DNA of 64,000 bases, from contig JAXLNO010005151.1 in assembly GCA_038087875.1 (NCBI GenBank), positions 124,001 through 188,000 on the forward strand, read 5' to 3'. The translations under genes were made by a program, and so were the position numbers. Under the pieces are notes generated by a model. That model did not search any database and was not told where the DNA came from. It saw nothing but the letters and a program-made list of their open reading frames with translations. Within the stretch, counting starts at the first letter, position 1; each line of letters begins with the position of its first letter. This document shows positions 33,501 to 48,397 of this stretch, in pieces. Source of the stretch: Malacoraja senta (lineage: Eukaryota).

Positions 33501-34952
33501 TCTGTTAATATTTAACTGTGAGTTTAATGTTACACCAAATGATAATTGGCTTGTTTCCATCAGTGTTTGCAATCTGGATGACCCTGAATTTATTGCTTAG
33601 GTGTGAGATTCATCGCAAGGACTGAGATGAGGCAGAAACTTGACTGTTACAGACTTTTTGGAGGGGTTTGCAAGATTTTGACCCAACACCTCTGAAGGCA
33701 AGACAATATATTTACAAGCAGCCTCAACCGCACCTCAGACAGTGCCATCCAGGCACTCGTCACTGTCTGTGAAAAAACATGCCCTGCACATTTCCTTTAA
33801 ACATTCATCTTAAAACTATGCCCTCTTGTATTTAATGTTTCCATCCATGTTGAGTTTAGTTTAATTTAGTTTAGAGATACAGCGTGGAAACAGGCCCTTC
33901 GGCCCACCGAGTCCGCACCGACTAGTGATCCCTGGGCATTAGCACTATCCTACACACACTCGGGACGATTTACACATACACCAAGCCAATTAATCTACAT
34001 ACCTGTACATCTTTGGAGTGTGGGAGGAAACCGAAGATCTCGGAGGAAACCCATGCTGTCATGGAGAGAACGTACAAACTCCACACGTACAGCACCCGTG
34101 GTCGGGATCGAACCTGGGTCTCCCACGCTGCAAGCGCTGTAAAGCAGCAACTCTACCGCTGCGCCACAGTGACTGCCCCTGTTCTGACTATCTATCCTAT
34201 CTATACCTCTCATAGTTTTATGTACTTCTATCCGGTGTCCCATCAAACTCCGGCATTGTAGCGGAAGCAATCCATGTCTGTCCATATGTTTCATGTAGCC
34301 AACACACCCTAGTTGAGGCATCATTCTTGTAAACCTCTGCACCCTTTCCAATGCCTCTACATCCTTTATGTAATGGGTCAACAAAAACTACACATAATAC
34401 TCCAAATGTGGACTACCCAGCCCTATAAAACTGTATTATGACTTCCTGTCTCTACAAACCCAAGATTCAACCCCAAGATCTCTCTGTAGATTAATGCTGT
34501 TAAGGGTCTTGCCAATAACTGTATACTTTTCCTTTACATTCGACCACTCAAAGTGTAACATACTTGCTCAAAATGAACTCCATTTGCAATTTTCTGCCCA
34601 TTTCTGTATCTGATGTATTTCCCATTGTACACTTGGGCAGCCTTCTTCACTGTTCGCAACTCCATCAATGTTGGTGGCGCCTGCAAACTAACTAACCAAC
34701 CCAACCACTGGGTGGCGCCAGCAATGGCTGTCTCGCCAACAGTCTGTCTGTCCCTTCCTTCTTTGTGTTTTAACAGTTTGTGTTAAATCAGGGGTTGGCA
34801 ACCTACGGCCCAGATCCGGTCTGTAACTCGAAATCATCCGGCACGCAGGCGTAACACAAAACACACACAACACTTATCCGAGAGTAGTTCTCACACACAC
34901 ACACACACACACACAAACACAGCCAATTCCATATCACAATACCTGTCGACTC

Positions 34953-35270
34953 AAGGGCCTGTCCCACTGTACGAGCTAATTCAAGAGTTCTCCCGAGTTT
35001 CCCATGATTCGAACTCGGAGAATTACAGTAATAGCCGCTCGTAGGTACTCGGGGCTCTCGTGGACATTTTTCAACACGTTTAAAAATCTTCACGAGTCTT
35101 CACGAGCTTACCGCGTTTCCTGAGTACATGCCGTTAGCATTACGAGCCACTAAGAGACGTCCCGAGCTCCGACGTACCCGCTACGTACATTCTACGTACT
35201 TACCACGAGTTTGATTTTTTTTAAACTCGGGAGAGCTCTTGAATTACCTCGTACAGTGGGACAGGCCCTT
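34953..35270. mobile_element. MITE with ~50-bp TIRs (copy 1), PIF/Harbinger-like by inference
   Basis: AAGGGCCTGTCCCACTGTACGAGCTAATTCAAGAGTTCTCCCGAGTTT ... AAACTCGGGAGAGCTCTTGAATTACCTCGTACAGTGGGACAGGCCCTT; non-coding and CpG-rich. Confidence 0.8.
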
Positions 35271-38039
35271 AAATCTTTCTCCCCGTCCCTACCCTTCCAC
35301 CCCCTCTTCCATCCTCCCGACCACCCGAAGTGAAAGCGCCCCCCCCCCCCCCCCACCTCGGTGCTGCGGCTTGTGTGAAACTGCAGCGGGATGAGAGCGA
35401 CTTCGACAACGCTGTGCTGGAGCGGTTTCTTCGGGAGCCCAGCGGTGGACGGGCTGGAGGAAAACAAAGCATCAGCGAGGTCGGTGAGCAATTCCGCTCA
35501 GGCCACAGTGTTGCACTTTAGTCGTATTTGTCCCGGGGGTAATTGTCTTTTTGTTACGATTTTTTAAAACTATAATTAATTAATTATTAACTATGGTGAC
35601 AGATGTGGCCCTCCATCCACTCACAGACATGGGTCCTGGCTCCTATGCAGAACAAGGATGCTGACCCATGTGTTAAATGTATGTTTTTAGTGTTCTTTAG
35701 CTTGTTTTACGTGGGGTGGGGTGTGGGGTTGGGGGAAACCTTTTCTAATATCTTACCTCGATGGAGATGCGATTTTTTTCTGTATCGTATCTCGGTCCGC
35801 ACTGCAGCCTAACATCCAGGAGTTGCCGTCCTTTGGTGGAGGCCGACTTTTGACAGCTCCACCACGGGAGCCTGCGGAGTTACCACCACGCAGCTCACAA
35901 TCCCTTTGCCAGGGATCGACCTCGGAGCTCCAACTGTGGGTGCTTGCGGACTTAACATCACGGAGCTCGCGGTCTCTGGTCAGAGACCGACCTCGGGAGC
36001 TCCAAGCCGCAGGTGCTTTGACCACCCCAACACAGGAGCTTCTATCGCCCTGACACAGGTGCTTCAACTGCCCCGACCGCGGGAGAATAAAAAGAAAGAA
36101 GATTGGACTTTGTTACCTTCCATCACAGTGAGTAATGTGGGAATCTGCCGTGGTGGATGTTTATGTTAACTTTTATGTCATTGTGTCTTGTTGCTTGTCT
36201 TGGGCCAGGGGTGGGATCCAGTACAGGCAACGCCAACAACTTTAATGACAATCAAAATAAGAATGCAAGGAAACAACAAGAGATCCAATCAGAACATAGA
36301 CACAACATGCTGGAGTAACTCGTCGGGACAGGCAGCATTTCTGAAGAGAAGGAATGGGTGACATTTTGGGTCGAGACCCTTCTTCAGGCTGATGTCAGGG
36401 GAATGGGAGGTCGATAGATAAGGAAGTGTATAGATAAGGACGTGTAAGATGTGAAAACAGGACAAAGGGAATGGAGATCAAGGAAAATGTAGCAGCAAAG
36501 GAAAGAGATAAAGAAGGGAAACTCTCGGAAAAGATTGACAAGGGGGGAGATCTGCTACATAGTGAGAAGCTGTGGTAAATATATCACCTTTATTTAACAG
36601 CAAGCTGCTTCGATAAACAAATAAGTAACAAGCCAACAGATGGTTACACTGATAAAGTTATACCAACAAGGGTGTTTGCAGGTTCAAGTGCAACATAAAC
36701 TCTGGCCTTGAAGTATGATACTGTTTGGTTGGTTTCTGTGTGCGTACACAATGAGATTCTTTACAATGTAAATCAGAATATGAAAAACGGAGAAAAAAGT
36801 AAAATATATAGATTCATTCTTGTAAAACCTTTCACAACATTTTAAAAACATTTAGAACCACTGAGTATTTCTTGAAATGTAAACACTATTGAATGAATAA
36901 ACAGAGAACATTGAGCAGGATCACACAGGGATAAGCCCTAGCATCACAACGTCTGTGCTGGCTATGTTGCCTTTACAAACTAATCCCATCTTCCTGCACA
37001 TTGTCTATCCAGACTGAAGAAGGGCATCGATCCAAAACATCACCCAGTCCTTCTCTCCTGAGATGCTGCCTTTCCCGCTGAGTTACTCAAGATTTTTGTG
37101 TCTACCTTTGGTTTAAACCGGCATCTGCTGTTCCTTTCCACACACCCCTTCATTTCCTCTCTGTTCACATGTCACGACCCAAGAGAGACAAGAGAAAGCT
37201 TCTTTAATGAAATGTCTAATTAAATGTTCCAACAACAGAACAATTACATTATTACATGCAGCAGCCTAACAGGCCCATAAACAGAGTATAAATAGATAAA
37301 CAAGATAATAATAAAAATAAAAAATAAAAGAGCCACTGTGTGGCGCGACAGTCAAAATCAATTTATTAGTTAACATAAAACATAGAGCAGTACCACATAC
37401 ATGCCTGTTTAAATGCCTTTAAACATTGCTATCATATCTGTTTCCACTACTTCCTCTGACAGCATGCTCCAAGCACCCACCACTCTCTGTGTAAAAAATC
37501 ATTTAAGATTTACTCCTCTCTACTCTGTGTCTCTCATAATTATATATACTTCCATCAGGTGTCCCCCACCCCCCTCATATTCCAACTCCACAAGAGCAAA
37601 TGATCTAAGTTTGTCCAACCTGTCCTCACCGCTGACACTCTCAAACACTGCTTTCAATTTTCATTCAAAGGGAAATGTGATGAGCGACAGATGATCTGTG
37701 TTCTTCGGTGGTATCAACTGCAAGATAAATATCAATGAGGATTCTGGGATTAACCTGTATTCCTTAAATAACGTTTTGGGATTATTTTTTAGAGGGCTGA
37801 AATATATATCAGTCCATTCAGCCCAGCGAATCCACACCAGTCATTGACCATCCGTTCACACCAGTTCAGAGTGATCACATTTATGCATCACATTTTGACT
37901 TCACGGAGGCCAATTAAGCAACAAGCCAGCATGTGGTGTACGAGGAAGCTGGACCACCTGGAGGTAGCCAGCGCAGTCACAGGGGGAAGGTGCAAACTCC
38001 ACACGGACAGTACTTGAGGGCAGGATCAAGGCCAGGTCA

Positions 38040-38580
38040 TAAGGAATGGGTGTAGAATTAGGCCATTCGGCCCATCTAGTTCACTCCACCATTCAATCAT
38101 TACTGATCTATCTCTCCCTCCTCACCCCAATTCCCCTGCCTTCTCCCCATAACCTCGGACACTTGTACCAATCAAGAATCTATCTATCTTCGACTTAAAA
38201 ATATCCAGACGGCCTCCACAGCCTTCTGTGGCAACAAATTCCATGGATTTGCCACCCTCTGCCTTAAGAAATTTCTCCTCATCTTCCTAAAAGAACGTCC
38301 TTTAAATCTGAGGCTATGGCCTCCAGTCCTAGACTCTCTCACTAGTGGATACATCCTCTCCACATCCACTCTATCCAAACCATTCACTATTCTGTAGGTT
38401 TTAATGAGGTCCCCCCTCATTCTTCTAAACTCCAGAGAGTACAGACCCAGTGCTAACAAATGTTCATGATAGGTTAATCTACTCATTTCTGGGATCATTG
38501 TTGTAAACCTCCTCTGGACCCTCTCCAGAGCCAGGACATCCTTTCTCAGATATAGTGCCCAAAATTGCTCACAATATTCT
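38040..38580 (-). mobile_element. CR1-clade 3' fragment
   Basis: ORF 38184-38498 LYSLEFRRMRGDLIKTYRIV...RVANPWNLLPQKAV. Confidence 0.8.
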
Positions 38581-40729
38581 CTAGCACTGAGGGAGCAGCT
38601 CTGCTAGTTGTGCCATTGTGCCGGCCTGGTAGTATTTTGTTTTAACATGTGGTTGTAAAATTGCATCACAAACTCTGCAGAACGTCCCGTATAGCACTAG
38701 ATTCCACTGGTGTTTCTTTGGTGGGATATTGACCCGTGGCTCTCTGACTGAGAATGGAGATATGCTGTGGCTGACACCGCATGAAAAAAATGTTTTGCAC
38801 ACAACTCACAGTTACTTCTTGCCTGGGTGGATGGAGCCCGCAGCGGGGGCTTGGGTCAGTGCCACAAAGGTGTCCGGAGAGGACCCGGCAGCGTTAATGA
38901 AAAGGCCAGTGTGGCGGTCGATGATGGCGCCGACCAATGGACGAGAACGGACTCGTGGAATTGAGGACGCCGCTGCTGAGGGAAGGAGCAAAGGAGGACC
39001 CGGCGTGGGGGACGGAGATTTGTAACTTTGTAAACGCCCTTTATGAGCAAATATTTCCATACCTTGTGTGTGCAAGCAAAGAATGTCACTGAGACTTGTC
39101 ACATGTGACAATAAAGTATTCAATTCAATTCAATCAACAGCCACCTCTCATAATCTATTGATAACAGGCCTTTTGTTACAAGATGGCATTCTCTGGAAAG
39201 GCGTAGGTTATTTAAAAATGTTTTAATCAATTTCTCTGATACAAGTGCACTGACCTCTTGTTCTGCTTTAGCTGTAAGTAGACACACTCTCTACAATACC
39301 TTTCTCACACGACCGAACTTTGAGGATCAGTTTGCACATGGTATGTTTGAGAGCTATTTCCATTTACTGGGAGACATCACAGCCTAGCCTGAACTAGACT
39401 GCATGCTACTCTATAGTTAATGGTGAGATCAAGGCTTTTTGTCTGTCAGTCTGATATTGATTACAGTTGAATTCAGGAAACCCAATACCAAACACAGCCT
39501 TTCACAAGGAAAAGCAAACAAATTGTGGCATTTACTTCAAGAAATACTCACACTCCCTATTGGACAATGTTAATGAATTCTGCTTTCAAACAATGAGTTC
39601 AAACCATGCTAAACAAGTCCAAGGAATTCTTAATGTAAACAAAGGAACTGCAGATGCTGGTTTAAGCTGAAGATAGACACAAAATGTTGTAGTAACTCAG
39701 AGGCACAGGCAGCAGCTCTGGATAGAAGGAATGGGTGATGTTTTGGGTTGAGATCCTTTGGGGAAAAAATCATCCTGGCCTATGTGTAAATCGCATGTCA
39801 ATGAGAATGGAGATGTTGACTGAAATGTGAGTCAGTGGGATTTGGATGGAAATGTGAATGCACAGAATTTAAAAGTAGTCTATTGGATCTGAACACATCT
39901 TGGTCTGAAGTAGGGTCTCGACCCACAATGTCACCCATTCCTTCTCTACAGAGATGCTGCCTGTGAGTTACTCCAGCATTTTGTGTCTCTCTCCCATGTA
40001 AACTGGCATCTGCAGTTCCTTCCTACACATTTGGTATGTGAATCAGTATTGTGTGAATGGATAATTTTTTGAATGGGTATAAGCTTCAGAATGGTGTTGG
40101 TGGGGGCATTTTTGAATGGGGTATGTGATTCAGAATGAATGGAGGAATTTTTGAACGGGCATGTGATTCAAAATGGTGTGAACAGATCAAGTTTATCAAT
40201 GACAGATACATTTATGCAATTAATCTATATTTATCATATCTAATTTTATAACATAAATATGAACCAAATTGAATTAATTACGTTCCACCCTGTTACTTGA
40301 TCTTTTAGATAGTTGAGAAGGTATTGAAAGAGTTCCTTGTTCACTCAAGAACCCAGGCAATAGTGGACAGTTTATCAGCAAACACTTGGCCCAGTGCCTG
40401 AGGTGCTCCAGTCACTAAGTGATGGAAATGTATTTGTCATTCCACAAATCTCACATTGTGTAAGAGGTTGGGGTTGGAGTCTCAGCCCAACAGATCAGTC
40501 AGAAGAGGTACAGGAACAGAGGCAGGGTGAATGTGTGATTTGTAGACTATCAGATACAGAATATTACAGGTCAGGAACTCACCCTTTGGCCCACAATGTA
40601 TATGCCGAATGTAATGCCAAGATAAACTGACCTAGTCGAATGCAAACAGAAATTTTACATTCGATGAACACTTTCACATCATACAACCCATCTCCAATGA
40701 AAATTATCTCCTTCCTTCCATGACTTTTA

Positions 40730-41940
40730 GTTATGGAGTCATAGAGTGATACAGTTTGGGAACAGGCCCTTCAGCCCAACTTGTCCACACTGGGCAACAT
40801 GTCCCAGCTACACTAGTCCCACCTGCCTGCCTTTGGTCCATATCCCTCCAAACCTGTCATATCCATGTACATGTCTAACTGTTTCTTAAACGAGGGGATT
40901 GTCCCAGCCTCAATTACCTCCTCTGGGAGCTTGTTCCATACACCCACCACACTTTGTGTGAAAACGTTACCCTTCAGTTTCCTATTAAATCTTATCCCAT
41001 TGACCTTGAAACTATGTCATCTGGTCCTCGATTCCCCTACTCTGGGCAAAAGACTCTGTGCATCTACCCGAACTATTCCTCTGATGGTATTGTATACCTC
41101 TTACAAGATCACCCCTCATCCTCCTGCGCTCCAAGGAATAGAGACCCAGCCTACTCAACCTCTCCCTATAACTCACACCCTCTAGTCCTGGCAACATCCT
41201 TGTAAATCTTTTCTGACCAGTTTCAAGCTTGACAATATCTTTCCTATAACATGGTGCCCAGAACTGAACACAATATTCTAAATGCGGTCTCACCAACATC
41301 TTATACAACTGCAACATGACCTCCCAACTTCTGTACTCATTATTCTGACTGATGAAGGCCAATGTGCCAAAAGCCTTTTTGACCACCTTATCTACCTATG
41401 ACTCGACCTTTAAGGAACCTTGCACTTGTACTCCTAGATCCCTCTCCTCTCAACACTCCCCAGAGACCGACCATTTACTGTGTTAGACGTCCCAAAAAGC
41501 AACACCTCACACTTCTCTGTATTAAATTCCATCAACCATTCCTCGGCCCACTGGCCAATCGATCCAGATCCTGCTGCAATCGTTCACAACCATTGTCTAC
41601 CTGCAACCGTTCACAACCATCTTCACTATCTGCAAAACCACTCCCTTTTGTATCATCAGCAACCTTGCTAATCTTGCCCCGTATTATATCATCCAAATCA
41701 ATTATGTAGATGACAAACAGTAACGGGCCCAGCACCGAACCCTGAGTCACACCACTAGTCACACGCCTTCAATCAGTGAAGCAACCTTCCACCATCACCC
41801 TCTGCTTCCTTCCATGGAGCCATTTGCTATCCATTCAGCTATCTCTCCTTGGATCTCATGTGATCAAATCTTCCAGAGCAGCCTACCATGCGGAGCCTTT
41901 TCGAATACCTTTCTGAAATCCATGTACACAACATCTACAG
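40730..41940 (-). mobile_element. CR1-clade LINE 3' ~1.2 kb (RT C-terminus to tail)
   Basis: VTSGVTQGSVLGPLLFVIYI..KVADDTK, LVRPHLEYCVQFWAP, LERRRMRGDL; tail at about 40735. Confidence 0.88.
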
Positions 41941-43809
41941 CTCTGTAGAGCTTCCACAGCTTGAGTTGTGCAAAGTCATGGAGAACACATCTCCGGTCAG
42001 TCAGCTAATTTCCATTGTGTTCAGTGTGTTGGACTGAGGGAAAAAATGGGATTAAAGGATGAGATTCTTTCTCCAGTTGCTGTGATACATTGTAAATGGA
42101 TCGATTGTAATGTGTACGAAGGAACTGCAGATACTGGTTTAAACAGAAGATAGTCATAAAAAAGCTGGAGTAACTCAGCGGGGCAGGCAGCATCTCTGGA
42201 GAGAAGAATTGAAGAAAGTCTCAACCTGAAACGTCACCCATTCCTTCTCTCCAGAGATGCTGCCTGTCCTGCTGAGTTACTCCAGCTTTATGTGTCTATC
42301 TTCAGATCGATTACAATCATGTATTGACTTTCTGCTGACTGGTTAGCACACAACAAAAGCTTTTCACTGTAAACAGCTTTCACTATTTCACAATAAACTA
42401 AACTGAACTGAGACTATTAATACTTCATACCTGTGCATAAACCTGGGCAAATGAATTTTAAAATAATTCTTGTCTATAACCTGCTTATGTATTCAAGTGA
42501 CAGTGGGTGCATTGATTCAATGGTTCAATGGTACTTTATTGTCACATATACCTGGGTTCAGTGAAATTACTTTTTGCCTACAGTTCTGTCAAACATTTAC
42601 AATACACAAGGACAATCATACTTTAGTACAAGACTACAGGAAATATAGATTACATTGAGACAATACACAATTTGTATTGATTTCCATTAACATTTTGCAT
42701 AAATCAAAACTCCAAAGTTATAAACAATGTAGAGATTTAACTTGACCTGATAACCTATTGCTTTGGTGGCAGCACTGGTTTGGAGCTGCAGGGTTTAGCC
42801 CACAATGTTTGGTATTAGTGTAAAGTTCATAATATCAGGATTATTCTTGCATGGAACAGACACTGGTCCACAACCCCAACTTGAATCTGATTTCATGAAT
42901 TAATTGGCCATTGTACACTTGGCCAGACATTCCTTATCAAGATTACCATAAGGGACAACCTGCCCTGCCAATGTTACCTCAAAGTGACTATGAGTGTGGT
43001 GAACATGGATTGACTTGGAAAGTTTCCTGAAAGATCAGCACACATTGAAATGATAACGCAATCAACTGTTATTCGATGCACAGAGACTTTGCCCAGAGTA
43101 GGGGAATCGAGGACCAGAGGACATAGGTTCAAGGTGAAGGGGAAAAAGATTTAATAGGAATCCGAGGGTCAACATTTTCACACAAAGGCTGGTGGGTGTA
43201 TGGAACAAGCTGCCAGAGGAGGTAGTTGAGGCTGGGACTATCCTATCCTTTAAGAAACAGTTAGACAATCGCAGGCAAGTGGGACCAGTGTAGCTGGGAC
43301 ATTGTTGGCCGGTGTGGGCGAGTTGGGCCGAAGGACCTGTTTCCAAACTGTATCACTCTATGACTCTATGATATTATTAATAAAATTAATTAACAACAAT
43401 CAAGTAGATTGTTTGAAGCTGTTCCCATTCCTTATGCAGATCCAAGTAACCCAATCAAGGTAAATCAATGTTAGGTGCCTGGAAGATGTGGAGTACTCAA
43501 TAATCAAGATCTGGTACTTTAGTGACCTTCCTTCCTTCCTTCCATTATAAAGTCAAAAGTGATTGTCTGTTGTTGATTGCACAATGCTCAATTTCATTTC
43601 CTCATTTATTCACTGCACCACAAGCTTCAACCAGTGACAAAACACACTGCAGATACGTGTCATCTAGTCCATCAGAACATTCCAAACTCAACATCTCAAG
43701 CACAAGAACAACAAGGTCAGCAGATGTGTGGGAACCTGACCTGGGATCCATCCTGACTTAGAAATGAATCACCATTTGTTCATAATTGAGTTTGGTTTAG
43801 AGATATGTC

Positions 43810-44345
43810 ATGCCAGCAGTTCGAAATAAACAGGTCGGGAGAGGGTAGAAGGCTGGCACAGGGGGTCAAAGAGGATGGGGTTTGTAGGATAAGGAGGACT
43901 GTGTTTTCACCGGGAGATGAGGACTCCTTCCCGTAGAAAAAGGCTTGGAGGCGGAGGCAACTGAAGAAGATCTCTACATCATGGTGAGCCCTGAATTTGT
44001 TGAGGTGGGGGCGTAGGGATACAAAGATAAGGCCTCAGTTGAAGACTGACTGTTCTGTATCAGAAGGAAGTCGGGGGGGAAGGACCCCGGAGAGCTTTAC
44101 TGTATATTGTCGGGGCCAGCAGCGTAGAGGCCCAAGGCCGGAAAAGGGGCTTGCAAACCATGTGTTGATGTCTTTGGCCGACTGGTGGCCAGTGAAGAGG
44201 CGAGGATCGGCGGAGTCAATGGGCCCACGAGTGGCTAGAGTACAGGTAAAGGTTGGCGGCAAACATGGCCTGGAAGCTTTGTGGGCCGATGGTGGCATGA
44301 TCAACAGTGTCAGTAGGTCAGGCCTGGAAGCTCCATTAACCATTC
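43810..44345 (-). mobile_element. Probable Penelope-like ORF N-terminal fragment
   Basis: Minus-strand translation ...EQSVFN*GLIFVSLRPHLNKFRAHHDVEIFFSCLRLQAFF resembles the KGLxF...FFRRLRL..FF pattern recalled for Penelope ORFs. Confidence 0.55.
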
Positions 44346-47300
44346 TTCAGCCCACTTGTCTCACTGATCACGATCCAGCTGTAATTTTTGATAACTATGT
44401 TCACTGTTTATGATACCAACTAGGTCAATGTCATCTGCAAAGTTTCTAATCATGCCGCACATTTTCATCTAAGTTGCTTATATAAACCACAATCAGCAAT
44501 GGGCCCAGCACTGATCCCTGAGGGACACCTCTAGTCACAGGCCTCCAGTGTGAAAAGCACTTCCACTATCACCCTATGCTTCCATGAACGTAATTCTTTG
44601 TTTAGGCAGCTAGTTCTCCCTGAATTCCATGAGCTCTAATCATCCAGAGCAGCCTACCATGCAGAAACTTATCAAAGGCCTTGCTAAAGACCATATGTAC
44701 AATGTCTATGACCTTATCATCATCAACCTTCTTGGTTACTTTTTCCAAAAACTACCAGATTGGCGATGCATGATGTCCCACGTACAAAACCACACTGACC
44801 AGCCCCTGTCTCTACAAATGCATATTTACCCTATCTCTCAGAATCCTGTCCAGTAACTTCCCTACTGCAGATTGTAGGCCCACTGATTTATAGTTTCTAG
44901 GCTATGCCCTGTAGTCCTTCTAACAATGATTCATATCTCTCAGTCAGGGCGCTTGCAATTTTTTCTCTAGCTCCCCACAGTGTCCTCTGATATATCTGAT
45001 CAGGTCTGGGTGAATTATCTACTTTCATATGTCTTAGGATGTCCAGCACATCATCGGCCATAACACGGACTGTCCTCCAGACATCTCCATTTCCTGTTGC
45101 AAGCTCCCTCATCTTCAAATCTTTCTCCACAGTAAAAACAGGGGAGAAATACTCATTGAAAATCTTGCTCATCTCATGCAGCTCCTCACAGAGATGACAG
45201 CTTTTATTTTCTGAGTGGATTTATTCTTTATCAAGTTACCCTCATTCATTTAATATAGGAGCGAAGAAGACTGTAAAAACTTGTGAACACTGCCCAGTCC
45301 ATCACGGGTTCTGACCTCCCCACCATCGAAGGAAGCTCAAAAAGGCAGCAAGGATCATCAGAGACCCACACCACCCTGGCCACACACTTATTTCACCCCT
45401 GCCATAGGGTAGAAGGTACAGGAGCCTGAAAATTGTAACATCAGGTTCAGCAATAACTTCTACCCTACAGCCTTTAGGCTATTAAACACTACAGCCTTAA
45501 ACAAGCTCTTAACTACATAGACTATTGTTATTGTTGCACCATTATTGTTTGTTTTTTGTGTGTACATATGAGTGTGTGTGTGTGTATATATATATACGAA
45601 TATGGTCTCTATATATGTGTATTTGTGAGTATGTGTATACATACACACCCAGATATTTTTATTTCATGTTTCTTATATTGTTTACAGTGTACTATGTTTA
45701 CATATTCTGTTGTGCTGCTGCAAGTAAGAATGTCATTGTTCTATCTAGGACATCTCTATATAACTAAAAGTCTTTGGCTTGTTTGTGCCCACGATGTGTC
45801 TGTGTGTGTGTCAATCTGGTAAATTCCTGTCTTCTTCCTAATGCTAGGCCACAGCCTTCCTATTTTCACACATCTTACTCACATTTTTCCCGTGGTGGCA
45901 ATAAACATCTTCCCATCACATTTCCACCTATATTTCCGAAGTTATTAATCGTTAAATTTTAAAAAGTTTGATTTCTTCAAACTCTTCCATTTTGGAAACA
46001 AAATCCGAGTGACTTCACAATGCACTCGCGAGGCAGGACAGGGCCACTCCAGGAGGGACGGACACTCCAGTGCTCCAACCCTCCTTCCCCCCTCCCCACC
46101 CCCCTCCAGTGCACCAATCACGATGGGCTCTCAAGCTGCCGAGTGCCACACCCCCTGCCCCCTCCCCCTCATCATGATTAAAGTGTTTTTTTAAGCCAAA
46201 CGGGTTGCGTTGGGGGAACGGGTGAGTGCTGGAATATTGCGTTGGGGGAGCAGACCCAACGGGTCTGCACTTGGTCTGGTATGACAATAAAACAATATTG
46301 ATTCTTGAATGTACATAAAGTATCTTTGGATTCTTCTTTGCCAGAGTTGACAACAAAATTGATAAGTATATTAGGTAATGATAATTGTTATCTAAGATTA
46401 CAAAATAATGTTGATCAACCGGAAAGGTATGGAGGTGAGGGGATGGGAGGTGAGGGGGGGGCGGGAAGGAATGCCAGTTGAAATCTAACTCAAACAAGTG
46501 TGATTTGATGCATTTTGGGAATTCAAATCATGACTGGCCAAATCTATTGCAGGATTGTAAATGGAGCTGTACCTTGGTGTACAATTACATAGTTCCCTGA
46601 AAATAGCATCATAGTTTGATAGGGTAGTGAAGGGAATATATGTCTGAAGAATCGCCTCAATCCAAAACGTCACCCATTCCTTCTCTCCAGAAATATTGCC
46701 GCTGAGTCTCTCTAGCTTTTTGTGTCTATCTTCGGTTTACATTAGCATCTGCTGTTCATTCCTACACAGAGTATATGTTGTGCCTTGTTACCTCAGCCAT
46801 GGTACTGAGGACTAGGGTTGGGGTGTCGTGTTACAGTTGTACAGAATGTTGAACAGGCAACCATTAATCTGTCCAGGGGCTCAGCTGATTTGTTGCACAA
46901 TAGACTCTAATCCAAGTTCTGAACTCCGAAAAGAAAATCAAGAAATTCAAGTTGCCACTCATCCAGGGACTGAATAACAAAACACATCTTAGTGTTGCTT
47001 ATCTGGCTTGAGAACTCTTAACATTGATCTATTTTGCTTCATACTGTAGTCCATTTAATAAACTGGTCATCCCCAGACATCCTGTGTCCACACTTTCCCA
47101 AGGGCACCTCACCTATTTTCAGCTCTGCTCTCAACAAGTATCAATCACATTATCCCTCTCTCTATCTATCATCTCTCTCCATCTCACTATATATCTCTCT
47201 CTCTCTATCTCCCTATTTCCCTCCATCTATTTATCTCTCCATCTCTCATCCCTCAGCTCTATCTCTCTTTCCTTCATCTCTTTCATTTCTGCAAATTGAA

Positions 47301-48080
47301 ATCATTAATCAGTCTGAGAGCACTGTGTGTGACTGAATGACATCAGAGCATCAGTCCCTGAGGCATACCGCTGGTCACAGGCTTCCTATGTAAAAAAAAC
47401 AACCCTCCACTACCAATCTCTGACTCCTACCACCAAGCCAACTTTGTGTCCAATTGACTAGCTCACCCTGGATCCCATGTTTTCCAACCTAATGGACCAG
47501 CCACCCATGTGGGGCCTTGCTGAAGGATGGCATGGTGGCATAGTCTTAAGGCTACTGCATTACAGTGCCAGAGATCTGGGTTCAATCCTGACTACAAGTG
47601 CTTTTCTATATGGAGTTTGTACGTTCTCTCCGTGACCTGCGTAGGTTTTCTCCAAGATCTTCGGTTTCCTCCCACACTCCAAAGACGTACAGGTTTGTAC
47701 GTTAATTGGCTTGGTATAAAAGGTAAAATTACCCCTAGTGTGTGTAGGGTAGTGTTAAAATGTGGGGATCGCTGGTTGGTGCAGGCCCGGTGGGCTGTAG
47801 GGTCTGTTTCCTCACTGTATCTCTAAACTAAACTAAACATAGACAACATCTGTCATCCAATCACACACTGGGCAATTTACAAAATTCAATTAACCAACCA
47901 ACTCGCATGTCTTTGAGATATAGGAGGAACGGAGCATTTGGTGGAAATCCACGTGTCATAGGGAGAACAAGAAAATGATACACGTTGTACCCGAGATCAG
48001 GATTGAATCCAAGTTGCTGTAGCAGAGGGGCACCAATTCTGCCAGTTGCCTCAATGTACTGCCTTTTAAAAAGAAAATTC

Positions 48081-48397
48081 AAAGCCTGTCCCAATGTACG
48101 AGGTAATTCAAGAGCTCTCCCGAGTTTTAAAAAAAATCAAACTCGTGGTAAGCACGTAGATGGTACGTAGCGGGTACGTCGGAGCTCGGGACATCTCCTA
48201 GCGGCTCGTAACGCTAACGGCAGGTACTCGGGAAACGCGGTAAGCTCGTGAAGACTCGTGAAGATTTTTCAACATGTTGAAAAAAGTCCAGAGAGCCCCA
48301 AGTACCTACGAGCGGCTATTACCGTAATTCTCCGAGTTCGAATCAGGGGAAACTCGGGAGAACTCTTGAATTAGCTCGTACAGTGGGACAGGGCCTT
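48081..48397. mobile_element. MITE copy 2, inverted relative to copy 1
   Basis: Same TIRs; the internal sequence is the reverse complement of 34953-35270 with scattered substitutions. Confidence 0.8.

Noticed and set aside
38700-39025. ORF 38729-39025 as an exon of a host gene
   Set aside because: No recognisable homology; the downstream half runs into a GC-rich LINE-tail-type repeat.
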